From: Vicugna vicugna
Lineage: Eukaryota
NCBI GenBank assembly: GCA_013265495.1
Contig: MU058636.1
Span: 3,335,967-3,399,966 of the forward strand
Direction: 5' to 3'
DNA length: 64,000 bases
A model generated the notes under the pieces. It made no database searches. It was not told the origin of the DNA and was given only the letters and a program-made list of their open reading frames with translations. Of the stretch, positions 12,140-24,667 are shown piece by piece (positions within the stretch are counted from its first letter, which is position 1; every line of letters begins with the position of its first letter). The position numbers and the translations under genes are program-made.

Positions 12140-12501
12140 AGACAGAAGGAAGTGGCAGACCACTCCAGATTGGTAGGTGGCACATGTAATAAGCAAGGGA
12201 ACTTACATAAGAGGCTCATCTTGAGTGGCCGCAAGACAAATAGATCTCTGCGCCCGCCCGCCAGAATCTTAAAAGATTATACAGAGGCCTTAACTGGGTT
12301 CAGTCACGTACACTATCCAGATGGTCTCAACAACAGCTTACTCTCTCAAGGCTATGTCCTTGGAACTGCTCCCGCTGCAGGAATGGTGGGCAGAATGTAT
12401 GTTCAGGGGAGGGGAGGAGAGGGGGTGCAGAGCCTCGGACTGCCCAGGTCCAGCTCATGGGTCAGTCAGAGGTCATATTCTCCCCATTACCTTCACCAAC
12501 A
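12140..12501 (-). mobile_element. ERVL-class solo LTR (MER54/MER73/MER74-like), nested in the old L1
   Basis: ggaagtggcagaccactccagattggtaggtggc...taataagcaagggaacttaca; ends ...caaca. Confidence 0.55.
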
Positions 12502-13044
12502 AGCCTGGAAGATGCTGAGGAAGGGGAACTTCCTCTCCACTTAAAGGAGGGGTGGTCCCAAGAACATGCATTCTCCTTTCTCTGTGCCTCCATCACTTGG
12601 CCCTGGACATGGGGCAAAGTCATAGGAACTGCACAGAATAACAGTGTAAATAAAACCCCAGCTTTCTGGAGGGTCAACCAAAAAGGGGAAACCCCAGGAA
12701 ACCAGAACAAACCAGGGAGATTAGAGAGCAGAAGGAGTTTGGGAAAACAAACCCATGACATTATCTGCTGTTGTCTGCTAAATTTTTGGCTCACCCCCAA
12801 GCCATGCATGCTTGAATCTGATCAGAAAGGGCATAACAAAGACTAAGAACTGAACTTACAGATGCATCAGCATCTAGGTCCCGGCCTAACCATGAGATGG
12901 TGGACATTCAGGAGAAATCTGAAAGCACTAAGAAGACTGAAAACAGAACTGACAGTGGGGCCACAACCCACAGAAACCTGGTCAGAACTTGCAGCCTGAG
13001 CCCAACTGCGTCTACTTAAGAAAAAAAAAAATCAGCAGGTTAAG

Positions 13045-14066
13045 AGCCCAGGCCAAGATGGCAGAGTAGAAGGACCTTGAACTCACCTTGTCTCACAAGC
13101 ACATCAAAATCACAACTAACTGCCAAACAACCATCAATAAAAAAGACTGGAACCTACCCCACAAAAATCCTCTACAACTAAAATCATAAAGAAGGAACCA
13201 CAATGAGATGGTAGGAGGGGGGCACGCACAATATAATCAAAACCCCTGCCTCCCAGGTGAATGACCCACAAACTGGAGAATATACTGCAGCGGTTCTTCC
13301 ACAGGAGTGAGAGTTCCAAGCCCCACATCAGGCTCCTCAGCCTGCAGGTCCAGTATCCAGAAGAGGAGCCCCCAGAGCATTTGGCTTGGAAGGCCAGCAG
13401 GGCTTAATTGCAAGAGCCCCACTGGACTGGAGGAAACAGAGACTTAATCAATTAAAACTGTAATTTGAAAAAATACATGCACCCCAATGTTCATAGCAGC
13501 ACTATTTACAACAGCCAGGACATGGAAGACATTTATGTCCATTGACAGATGAATGAATAAAGAAGATGTGCTACACACACACACACACACAATGGAATAC
13601 TACTCGGCCATAAAAAAGAACAAAATAATGCCATTTGCGGCAACATGGATGGACCTAGATATTATCATACTAAGTGAAGTAAATCAGACAGAAAGAAAAA
13701 TATTATATGATATCACTTATATGTGGAATCTGAAAAAAATGATACAAATGAGGTTATTTACAAAACAGAAATAGACTCATAGACATAGAAAACAAACTAT
13801 GGTTACCAAAAGGGAAAGGGTGGAGGATAAATTAGGATTTGGGGATTAATATATATACATTACTATATATAAAATAGTCAGCCTACAAAGACCTACTATA
13901 TAGCACAGAGAACTATACTATCTTATAATAACCTATAATGGAAAAAGAATCTGAAAAAGAATGAATAGATAGATAGATAACCTGAATCACTTTGCTGTAC
14001 ACCAGAAAATAACACAATGTTGTAAATTGACTATACTTCAATTAAAAAAATAAAAATAAAAAAAAA
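13045..14066 (+). mobile_element. Younger L1 with 5'UTR (~13045-13445) fused directly to the 3' end (~13450-14066)
   Basis: caagatggcagagtagaaggaccttgaactcacc, then tacatgcaccccaatgttcatagcagc...aatagactcatagacatagaaaacaaac...ctatacttcaattaaaaaaa. Confidence 0.9.
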
Positions 14067-16410
14067 TCTCAGCAAACCCCGAACAGAATAAACCCAAGAA
14101 ACCCATGCCCAGGCACATCACAATTAAACTGCTAAAAACTGTAAGTAAATAAATAAACGATCATGAAAGCAATCAGAGAAAAACAGCACATTATGTTGGA
14201 ACAATTAAACAACTGAAATTCTCATCCAAAACAAGTGGAGGAGAGAAGGCAGTTGAACAAGCATTTACCTGCACAAAGAAAAAATTGTCGTCTCAGAATT
14301 CCATACTATAAGAAAATATCCTTCAGGAATGAAGGTGAAATCAAAACTTTCTCAGGTGAATGAGAAATAAAAGAATTTTTCAGAAGCAGACTTTCTCTAG
14401 AAGAATTGCTAAAGAAAGGTCTTCAGACAAAATCACCCCGTGTGAAAGAAGCCAGACTCTAAAGGTTATGTCCCGCAATGATTTCATTTATTTGGCACTC
14501 TGAAAACGACAAAACTCTGGTGATAGAGGATGATCAGCGGTTGCGAGGTGGCAGGGGTGGGATCAGGCTGAGAGTAAAATGGGATAGAATAGCATGAGAG
14601 AGTTTTGGAGGGGTGAGGCTGTCGCATCCTGATTGTGATGGTGGCTGTAAGAATCTCTATATGCAGTAAAACGCACAGAGTTCTACAGACACGCACATAC
14701 AAAGCCAGTAGTGCTACAGGTTAATTATTTAAAAAAGAAGTCAACAAACAGAGGCGTTACCCCCTAAGAACCTTCTGGTCTTTGAATAATACTTGAGGCT
14801 TCACCACCTTCCTTGGACACCTGCTGGCGAGGGCAGTCAAGGAGGCCACGGCCATGGTTGATGCCAGGCTGTTTCTGCTGCCCTTGAGTGCAGCTCATAG
14901 CTGAATTTACCCTCCCCACCTGCCGGCAACCAGTTCAGGGAAAGAGTGTATCACGTGCTTGAACTGGACAATGAATAGGAAGTCAGGAGTCATTGTGTGT
15001 GACAGCCCCGTAGTTCCACAGAAGTGGTAAAGCTGGCCTCCCCTCACCCCTGCCCCCAAACAAGACTCACAAGTATCAGGATTTAGGATCTGTATGTCCC
15101 CTCCTCGTTGGAGCACCAGCCTGTGGGGGCTCCTTCTTAGCTGCTGCACCCCCGGAAGTGCAGCAGACACACACCCTCCCCCACCCCCGCCCTGCAGGTC
15201 CTAGAGCCCCTCCCCCACTCTGCCACTCCAACAACACGTAGGGTGTTTCTCTTATAACAGATACCCTTTTGGTCAACGTAATGCTCTACCTTTTGGGTTA
15301 GATGGTTGGTATTAATATTTTTGCCTTTGGCAGACCCACTGGGGGAAGAGGGAATCTGCAGGTCTGCAGGGGAAGGACTGGGATCAAAGCAAGGCCTTGG
15401 GCACGTGCTGGTGCCGCGGCTCTGCAGGGCTAAAAAGTTGTGTTTCTGTGACTCTCTCCCCCTAAGGCAGGAATTGTGCTTTACTCGAGTTTGTGTCTCC
15501 AGAGATGTGTCTCCAGACACGGTAACAGACAGAGGCGCTCACATAAACGTGGGTTGCAAGCTAGGGATGGATGCTTACGTGACCAAATAAACGAACTGCT
15601 CGGCTGACACCGGCAAAGTCCTGCAAACACATCAGGTGACCGTGCTCCTCCAACCCTGTCTCTCGCCACTGACTGGAGGTGATGGGAGGTGGTGATCCAG
15701 TGGCCTAGGAGGGACGAGGGTCCAACAGAGAGATTCCGTCCAGCAAGGGCAAAGGAGGAGAATCGGGCCACAGCAGGTAACCCACCACTCTGCCCCAGGG
15801 ACTGGCATGAGCAGTCTCTGTGTCGAGCAGAAGGAAGGAAATAAGCAGAGAACAATCAGTGAGTGAGATGCACTAGGTCAGTGTGCAGACCACACTATCC
15901 TCTAAAGCACTTTCTGTTCCCTGGATGCACCTTCAAAGTGCGGCCTGTCTTCAAATACGGTTAAGAGGGAATCTGAGACACCAGAGTTCTCTCTTAGATT
16001 CTGCATCGCAAAGAAGAGAATCCAGCTCAGCCTTGGCTGCCAAAGTCACTCATGCTGCCCAAGGGCAAGGGCCTCTCCTGCTTCTGCTGGGGGTTCACTG
16101 CTCCCCGGGAAGCCCTGAGGAGGGAGTGTCCAGTTTACAAGTCAGTTTACTCCTGGATGATTTTACCGCTGGATGCTACAGAGGCAGCGTGCTTCGTAAG
16201 CTCCCTAAAGACCTGCTCGTTTCACATCTGATGCGCTCCCCCTCCCTCCTCCTCACTGCCCTTTATCTGACGACGCGTGTGTGCGCGCACGTCCACACAC
16301 GCAGTTTGCTGGCCTCCACCTCGTTATGCCTGGAAAGCTATCTAAATGTGGTGTGCTTAGGGTCCTGCATAGAGGACACATTCTGTTCTACCACAGTGCA
16401 GACCACGTAG

Positions 16411-16802
16411 TGTGTTATTTTGTTCAGGCTGCCGTAACAAAGTACTGCCTACTGGGGGGCTTAAACAACAGAAACGTTTCTCACAGTTCTGGAGACTAGA
16501 AGTCCGAGATCAAGGTGCAAGTGGGCTGGGGTCTGGTGAGACCTCTCTTCCCGGCTTGCAAGTGGCTGGCTGCCCTCTCCCTGTGTCCTCACATGGCCTC
16601 TCCTCTGTGCGCAGGAAGGGGAGTGCGGGGAGGGGGCTCTGGTGTCCCTTCCTCTTTTATAAGGACATCTATCCTATTGAATTAGGGCCTCTTATGATCT
16701 CTTTTAACCTTACCCCCTTAAAGGTCCTAATTCCAAATACAGTCACATGGGGGTTAAGACTTCAATGTATGCATTTCGGGAGACCTAGTTTAGTCCAAAA
16801 CA
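16411..16802 (-). mobile_element. MaLR LTR (MLT1A0-like), near full length
   Basis: ggctgccgtaacaaagtac...ttaaacaacagaaacg...ctggagactagaagtccgagatcaagg...ccaaatacagtcacat. Confidence 0.9.
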
Positions 16803-17544
16803 GCAGAACGCAAAGCCTGCTTGAGACATTAGATAATTACAAAGTGAGGAAGCTAAAAGTAAAGGTCACGCTGAAGGGAGAACGCTGGCTACTACCTGCG
16901 GAAACAAGGAACAGAGCTCACAGGCATAGGTTGTTTTATTTAGATTTTAAATAAGCTCTTCTTTCAGCTAACCTGTGAATGTCTTGTTTACTCACCCTTA
17001 GAGGCCATTGAGAAATACACGTCTTCTAACTTTCTCAGCACAAAAAGGGCAACTTGGGTCGATATTTTCACACAGTACCACTTGTGAGGGGAGGCATGAC
17101 TTTAACGTTTAATGCAAAAAGGCAGATAATTCTTTAATGGCTCTGATTTCATCTTTCTGACCTTAATTGGAGACCTCTGCTTAAGAACTAATCATTTTGA
17201 GGCAATTAGGGAAATTGCAGTCTTAGAAAACATTAAAGGGTTATTTTCAATTCTGTTAGACATGATCACAATGTCCTGGTTAGGAGAGAAAATGGAGAAA
17301 CAGAGAAGTACTTAGGGGTGAAAAAGAAGAAAGAGGAAGAGGAGGAGGAAAGAAAGAGGAAAACATGAAGCAAATACAGGAAAATATTGATAAAGTGAAT
17401 TGGGGGAAGGGTACATGAGGCTCTTTATACGATGCATCTACCGCTGTGAAAATTTGAAAATTTTTATTAAGAAGTGTTTGTTAAAATTATATCGGGGAAC
17501 ATTTACTGAGCATCTAAAATGGGAGTTAAGCGGCTGCCTGCCAT

Positions 17545-17699
17545 CAGGGGTAGATTCAAGCTTCGTGAGACTTGAAGTGCTTACAATTTGAGAACCCCCT
17601 TTAAGAAAAATCATGAATACAAAATTCTCTTGGACAGGCTTGTCCGGTGAGAGGTCCTGAAATTTGAGTTTCATCAGCTTCATGGTAAATCCACCTCTG
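17545..17699 (+). mobile_element. MER53 hAT MITE with degenerate 8-bp TSD
   Basis: caggggtagattc...tttaagaaaaatcatgaatacaaaatt...agcttcatggtaaatccacctctg; flanks cctgccat/tctgctat. Confidence 0.8.
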
Positions 17700-17761
17700 T
17701 CTGCTATGGGTTTGCTTTGGCTGGCCCAATGATTTTTCCTCTTTAGTCTCCCCCCGCCTCC

Positions 17762-18420
17762 ATTTATTATGAACATTTCAAACAAATAAAAATTAGAGCG
17801 ATTAAGACAATGATCTCTATGTACCTGTCATACAATGATGTCAAGTCATCCACAGCCCTGTCCACCCTCTCCACACATACTGTGCTATTTTGAAGCAAAT
17901 TGCTAGCATCATTTTATCCCTAAAATATTTTAGCATGCATCTCTAAAAGATAAGGACTCTTTCAGAAACACAACTGCCATATCATTACCTAAAAAATAAT
18001 AATTCTGTAAACAAGTCAGTGTTCAAATTTCTCTCACTGTCTCAAATTTTTTTTTATAGTTTGTTTGAATTAGGAACCCCCCCAAAAAGTATATATTGCA
18101 ACTGATTGATAAATCTCTCTTAGGCTACTGGTTTGCCCTCCAATTTTTTTTGTATTTTCCTTGCAATTTATTTGTTGAAGAAACTGACTCATTTTGTCCT
18201 ACAGAGCTGCCCACAGTCCACATCTTCCTAACTGCACTCCTATGGTATCATTTAACATGTTCCCCTTATCTCCTTTCTTTCCTGTAGTTTGTAGTTCTGT
18301 CTGGAAGCTAGATCAGATGCAAGTTTGATTTTTTGACAGGAATTCTCCCCAGGCAAGTACTTCTATCAGAAGGCACAAGACAAACTGTTTCTGTCGGGTT
18401 AGTAGGCATTGCTGGATGGT
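17762..18420 (-). mobile_element. L1MC4/5-like 3' region
   Basis: ttttgaagcaaat...ttagcatgcatctctaaaagataaggactcttt. Confidence 0.75.
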
Positions 18421-20131
18421 TGCTGGGATCCTTTGTTTTCCCAAGTCTGATTTGTATTTAAATGTGAGCTCCTACAACCCAGGGTGCCACTCCTCTTTAC
18501 CCCAGGCAGCTTCACACTTCAGTTTCCCTGGCTTGGCTCCCAGGGAGGCCCTGAGTCTTTGGGAGGACTGGGGCTGGCCTGTAGCAGACAAAGATAAACA
18601 AGGAGCAGACCTCGCCCTAAAGGAGTTTATAGTCTGTTTGTCTGTTTGTCGTGAACACATGAAAGTGACAATAAAGAGGTGTCATAGAGTGGTAGACATT
18701 GTGCATGCAGTGTTCCCTCTGGGAGTACAAAGGAGACGGAGCCATCGGCTGGGACAGTCAGGCAAGGACTTTGAACCAAACGCTGGCTTCTCTGACTGGG
18801 ACAGAGTATTGACTGATGTCCCAGGTACAAGGTGGCGTCCCCGGGCTTCCTGTTGCACCCGGTCCCTTCCATCCTTCTCCACTGTTTGTGGGGCCAAAGG
18901 GTTCCCAGCCAGGTTTCCGGCTCCCTCTCCATTACCTGTCACATGCCACCTTGTGGTACGACCACAAGTTACAGCTTATTTTCCAACCGTAAGGAAGGGG
19001 AAAGAGATGGACCATTATCCGCTGCGGGAGATACAGGAAGAAGAACATTTGTTGCACATCTACTCGGGCCAGGCAACGAGGGTCACCTCTGTTACGCATT
19101 GTCTCAGTCACACCTCTCACAGTGCTGAGAGGTCAGCGTCCGGGGCAAACGCCACTAGCTCCTTACCCAGTAGCCACGTTTGCCTTCTTTCTTTGTGGCA
19201 GAATCCCACTTCCATTCACAGCAGCAAAGTGGCCGCTAACGCGTGCTCACTCAGACACCCTGGCATCCGGGAGTGATCGTGTGGGTGGATGCTGACCAGT
19301 GGGCTCTCGCTGGAAGTCGGCCGGGGATTTCTGGGACAGTCTGGGGGGCTTCCCTTTGTTCCTTTCCTTGCTTCACCTTCCTGCCTGGAATGGAGAGTTC
19401 AGTGGGAGGTCGCGCAGCCCTCCTGTGACTACAAGGACACCTATGTGAAGACAAAAGCCTCACACTGAGGACCATGCAGCAGGAAGGAAAAAGCAGCCCC
19501 CCCCATGTCACCAACCCTCCCTCAAACGCCTGCCTCAGGGATGCCTGAGAAGTGTGACGAGAGAAAGCGTTACTTGGTTAGACCACCGTCGCCAGCCTTC
19601 TCTACAATACAGCCCAAATGAAATTACTCTGACGCTTGTTATTATCACGCTAATTCTACTTATGTATTAAGATACTGGCATTCGGATCCATTAAGAAACT
19701 CAGCCCATCCACACAGCCAGAATAGGGCACAGCTGGTATTCAACACTTACACGCACATCCTGCTCCTCCTGCCCCGCCAAATGCACTAACTTTTTGCAAT
19801 TCCAGGATACCTGGCACTGGGCAAGCCAGAGGCTCTCTCCCAGCATTTGAAAGCCAGGTGGTTGGGGCATTTTCCCTTCCCCTGGGGTCTCTGCCACTCC
19901 CCTCTCCAGTACTTGGCCATCGTGTTCTTCTGCCAGCCAGAGCCTAGGCTTCTGGCAACAAGGACATCGTCCTTTTTCCCCAGGCCAATCTTTCTGAAAA
20001 TAGGCCAATGGCAGCTGCTGGAAAAACCTTCTCCCCTCAAATGCCTCCTCTACCTGGCTTTTCTACCACATTGCCCATGTTCCACCATTGGAGCACATTC
20101 AGAACATCCCTATGAAAATAGAGCGATCTTG

Positions 20132-20590
20132 CTCAGTAATTCCCCACAAGGTGTTCCACAAAAGCCTAGTCTCAAGGGAAGTTACTATGTATTACTGGAT
20201 TTGCTTAAGACTAAGATGCATGATCTTTCACATTTTAATGTCTCTGAAATCAGGATGCTTGTTATAACAGATGTACCTTATAATCACCATTGACCATTTT
20301 TCTCCTTAACAGTTCTGAAATCATAATGTATCTTATAGGCACAGGTGTCTTAGTTTTGGAATATGGCACTTGAAAATAAAAGGGTTCCATGATCAAATGA
20401 GTTTGGAGAACTTATTAGTAACAAATAAACTAAATTAAACGGAAGTTTTTAATGCAGACCTTCTCAGAGCATTTAACATGCTAAAGTGCATCTCAAGAGA
20501 TTTGCTCAAATTATTTGGCCATGGAATTTTTTTTTTTGGAACACCTTATAGTACTCATGTTATATGGAACACAACTTTCAAAATACTGCA
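20132..20590. mobile_element. hAT-Charlie MITE (MER103/MER117-like) with a nested Tigger-type MITE (MamRep434-like, ~20190-20367)
   Basis: ccttctcagagcatttaacatgctaa; cacattttaatgtctctgaaatcaggatgc. Confidence 0.6.
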
Positions 20591-21129
20591 TTAAGCCATT
20601 ATATTCTGGATTAATTGTTCAGATTTGCCAACCAACTGTCCTTTGTAGGCAAATTCTAAGCAAGTTGGTCAGAAAATATGTAAACTGTGAAACTTCCAAG
20701 TCTAAAGCACGGCCGTTTAGTGGGAGGGTCAAAGCCCTCACAGAGGCACCATTCACCTGAGTCAGTCACTAGAAAACATAGCAGATGCCTTTTGGGGGGA
20801 ATATCAGAAAGTGAGGGGGTGCAACGATGCTAAATTTCATCTACTTGGCTCTTTATTGGCAGTCAAGCCTGCTTGCCCTCATCTGGCCCAAAGAGACAAG
20901 AGTGGGTTATAGTCACACCTCCTTAATGCCTGAGGACTGTGTCTGGTCCCCAGAACCTTAGGAGAGCATCCTTGGCCTCAGAGATACAAAGAATCCCGAT
21001 GTGGTCCCTGTTATCACTGATATACCAATGCTGTGCTTCGGAAGACCCAAAACATATGTAATTCTGAGTACTTTTAAAATTCCCCAGGTAATTCCAACAT
21101 GCAGACAAAATTGAGGGCCATACTTTTAA

Positions 21130-21560
21130 GGAAGGAACTGACTTGATCAGGCAGAGTTTTACCTGTGATAGCTGGTGAAAAGTGTATTTAGCTGTTGCAG
21201 GAATCTAAGCCCTAGGCAATCAAGGCAGAAAGGATGGTGGAAATAGAAAATGGGAGATGGAGACAAGAAATTACTTCAGAGAAAGAATCTGCAGGGAGGG
21301 GCTTAAAGATAACTCAAATTTTGAAAAGGCTGAAAGACTATTGTACCACGGAAAAGTACAGGATGGTGACAAGAGGAGTGGGGAGGTCCTGGTTTTTGGA
21401 GAGAAGATAACTGTTTGAGTTTATATGTTGAGCTGTAGTTGTTAGAATGATATCTGAGTGGAAATGTCCAGCAGGCAGTTGGAGATGGGGACTGAGTCTT
21501 AGAAGGCAGATGATAAACTTTGAAGTCATCTGTACCTGGGCGATGTTTGAAGCCTTAGAA
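21130..21560 (-). mobile_element. L2
   Basis: gagtggaaatgtccagcaggcagttggagat...tttgaagtcatc. Confidence 0.75.
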
Positions 21561-21634
21561 GTTTAAAGATAGTCTTTCGCACAATGTGATACTGTTCAGG
21601 TTACCATGCATCTATAACTGCCGGGAGTCCATGC

Positions 21635-21820
21635 GAAAGACCTGAAGTTCAAGTTCTCTGCTGCCAACCAGCTATGTGGCCTTGCACAAGATCCTGTACC
21701 TTCCAAGCCTCAATTTCCTTAACTGAACAACAGGAACCGTCATACCAACCTCTCTGGGCTGTTGAAAACATTAAAGGAGCAAATCCTCGTAAAGTGCCTG
21801 GCATAATGCCTGGTGCAAAG
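21635..21820 (+). mobile_element. MIR SINE
   Basis: gctatgtggccttgcacaag...cctcaatttcctt...aaagtgcctggcata. Confidence 0.75.
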
Positions 21821-21939
21821 AATGACCCTGAGCCTCTCTAGGTCTCTCTGATTCCCCTTGTCCCACCTCATGCAACACCCACGCAGGCCATAATACAAGT
21901 CCACTTCTCATCAGTGTCAAGAGTGAGTCCGGCAAGAAC

Positions 21940-22560
21940 AAGCAATCAATTTTTATTCACTTCAATGGCACGTGAAGATCAAATCTTGGCAGACCAGTTT
22001 AATTTTCTTGGGTGGTTGATAGGCCATGTAGATAAGGAATAAGTAAGAGACATAATCTCTCTGTGCTGATGTATGACCTTAGATTCCATCGCCAATGACT
22101 TTTCATCAACAAGACAGAAAGAAAAAAAAGAGATTCTTTCCTTTCTTAGGTGCAGACGCAGAGCTGCATAATATCACCCGAAAGGTGGCTTATTGATGAC
22201 TCAGCCCCAGCCTGGAAGCATCCTGCGTGATCTCACTCATGTCAGAGCTGGAGCCCGTGCAGAACGTCTCTATCTTTACCCCAGTGATGTAACTGAGAAC
22301 TTCCTAATTAAGATCACAGATGACTCCAAGTTGTGAGGCATTAGTAAGAAGGTAGGAACAGAAGTCAAAATAGCATTAACTGAACAAAAAAAAATAGCTC
22401 TTAAAGAGGGTGGGGTTCAACAGGAACAAGTGTAACATTTTAAAAAACCACCTATATAGACAAAAAGGAGGATATACATTGACTAATTCACTGGACCATC
22501 AACTAGTTTCACCCAGCGCTGTAGCCAGGGAAGAAAGGAAGCCTAAGGATGGCTGGGGTG
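21940..22560 (+). mobile_element. Ancient CR1/L3 LINE, RT-region remnant
   Basis: aaatcttggcagaccagtttaattttctt...gtagataagg...agacataatct; gatgactccaagttg; ttcaacaggaacaagtgtaa. Confidence 0.6.
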
Positions 22561-22669
22561 CTTGGTGCTCCTGACTCATTTAACACGTAACAGGGAAGAA
22601 AGAAGGCAGAAGAAAGGGAAGGAGAGAAAGAGCGAGTGTGTGGAAGATTCTAGGAACTGAAATTCTAGT

Positions 22670-23130
22670 TCACTTACAGTCAATAGATAATTTACTGAGC
22701 AAATAGTGAATGCCAGGCATGGCGTCCACTGGTGAGGATGTAGCAGTGAACAAGGCATTCAGAATCCAGCCCTTGTGGGTTCTTCTTCCTCCACTGACTA
22801 CCAAATGTTGAAGGGCTTGTTATCAGTCCTTACCCTACTTCTCTTTCTATCCGCACACACTCCCTCAGCAATGTCATCTACTACCCAGGCTTTCCAAACC
22901 ATCCATCTGCATCTGTCAAGAAGTCAGACTTCCATTCCAGACTTGGCTGACCAGTTGTCTACTCATCCTCTCAATGAATCACACACTTGGTCCATGCAAA
23001 GTGGACTGCTGAGTGTTCTTTCTCCCTGCCCACACTTTTCCCTCCCCAGTCTTCCCCAACTCCATACACGGCACCAAACAACCAAACAGAGGAGTTGTTC
23101 TTGGTTCCTGCATCCCACAACCTGTTGGTT
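22670..23130. mobile_element. L2 fragments in both orientations
   Basis: atttactgagcaaatagtgaatgccaggca (minus-strand 3' end); tcagtccttaccctacttctctttctatccgcacacactccct (plus). Confidence 0.6.
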
Positions 23131-23446
23131 CTAACTCTTCAGAATGAGAATTAGACCCCACAGCTGAATACAGCAAATCCTAATAATCTCACAGTCTAAA
23201 GATTACTGCAAACCACTGGGCAGACACCTCCCTCTTTCCTGCTCTGTACTCCCCCTCCCAGCCCCCAAAGATGGCTGCACCAGCCCTCCCAATGGTCAAC
23301 CCAACAGCAAGACTAGGGAAGGAATGACGTGTTCGGGGTGTATTGCCCTAGGAGCAAGAACTACAGTGTTGATGGGATCAGGTTACTGCCTGCTCCCTGT
23401 GCGGAAAGTGAGGAGACTGATTCCGAGGTGATGGGAGGTTCTGAGA

Positions 23447-23790
23447 CAGAAGTCAATTAACTTTCCCTGTGAAAGGCCAGATGATAAATACTGTAGGACT
23501 TGCTGGCCATACAGGGTCAGCTCCATCACAACTACTCAACAGGACCATTTTAACATAAAAGCAGCCACAGGAGTAACAAATGAGACATACATGAATAAGC
23601 AAGGCTGAGTTCTAATAAAGCTATTTATGAACACTAAAATTTGAATTTCACATGCATGTCATGAAATAGTATTCTTCTTTTAATTTTTTTTTCAGCCACT
23701 TCAAAGGTTAAAAAATTCTTAGCTCACTGGCTATATAAAAACAGGCAATGGGCCAAATTTGGCTCCTGGTCCATAGTTTGCCAACCTTTA
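23447..23790. mobile_element. MER58B hAT-Charlie MITE
   Basis: ctgtgaaaggccagatgataaatact...ttctaataaagctatttatgaacactaaaatttgaatttca...ccatagtttgccaacc. Confidence 0.85.
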
Positions 23791-24609
23791 ACCCAAAAGA
23801 GTCTTGCAGACACTGAGGAGACTGGTCCCAGTAGACACTTGCTGAGCCGCAGGGCTTCCTGCCCATCCCCATCCTGGAGAGGAGTGGAGCGGGGAGTTTG
23901 TCCTCTGGAGGCTGAGGACACACAAGGCAAAAGGTCTGGGTCTTCTTAGCTGGGGTTCTGAAGGCAGGACTCTTGATGAAGCAGCCCTGGCCCCAGGAGG
24001 AAAAGGACTGGTTTGTTCCTGTAATGCTCTCAGAGGGAAAAAAAAACAACACTGTATTTTTAAAAACTGTGTTTCCTAAACTCCAGCTTTCTCTGCAGTA
24101 AATGTAAACTGTAGCAACATGGTTGCCAGTGATTTATGCAGGTGGGGAGCTTCTGCACGGATTTTTGCAATTTTAGAATTCCCACTATTGGTGGTATAAT
24201 TTTTAAAAAGTGATTCAGTTGAAAGCAGGTGAAGCACTGACACCAGTTAACAGAATGTCTACTCTGGGATCCTTAAAACTCTGATCAACAACCATCTGTT
24301 TTGCAGGTTTTAAGGAGAGCCCAGCCCAGGGGCTTGAGCGGGGAGTGGGTAACCACTCTGAGTTTCGTCTTCTCCATAATTCCAGGGTACCAAAGGAGAC
24401 AGACGCCCACAGGGAAGGGTGGTTAGAAAGAGTAGCTTTTCCTTCCTCTCCAACAACAGAAACGGTGAAGATTAACTCCCCAAATCCCTGTGTAACACTG
24501 ACTACCCAGCAAAAGAGGTTTCCTTTGAAATTGCATCTGTCTGCATAAGAGGTCCACAGAGCCTGCATTTTAACGCTGAAATAACGCTGGTTATTTGAGC
24601 TGCTGTTAC

Positions 24610-24667
24610 TGCTGGAAGATTTTTTGTTTGTTTGTTTGTTTGTTTGTTTGTTTTGCTGGAAGATTTT
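24610..24667 (-). repeat. (TTTG)n microsatellite flanked by a perfect 14-bp direct repeat
   Basis: tgctggaagatttt at 24610-24623 and 24654-24667. Confidence 0.9.

Larger units (their letters stand above)
11753..14740 (+). mobile_element. Old, internally deleted L1 (L1M4/L1MD/L1MC-like): 5'UTR, part of ORF1 and 3' end, hosting two nested insertions
   Basis: Start cttccagttctgggcaagatggagtag; ORF1 segment ctcagcaaacccc...aatatccttcaggaatgaaggtgaaatcaaaactttctcag; 3' end gaaagaagccagact...gattgtgatggtggct. Confidence 0.7.

Noticed and set aside
15883..16410. 175-aa ORF
   Set aside because: Non-ATG start, no homology recognised, no exon structure
16412..16954. 180-aa ORF
   Set aside because: It is a translation of an MLT1A LTR
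18416..19276. Longest ORF (286 aa)
   Set aside because: Overlaps L2-like sequence, has no recognisable domain, and its composition is typical of a chance ORF in GC-rich DNA
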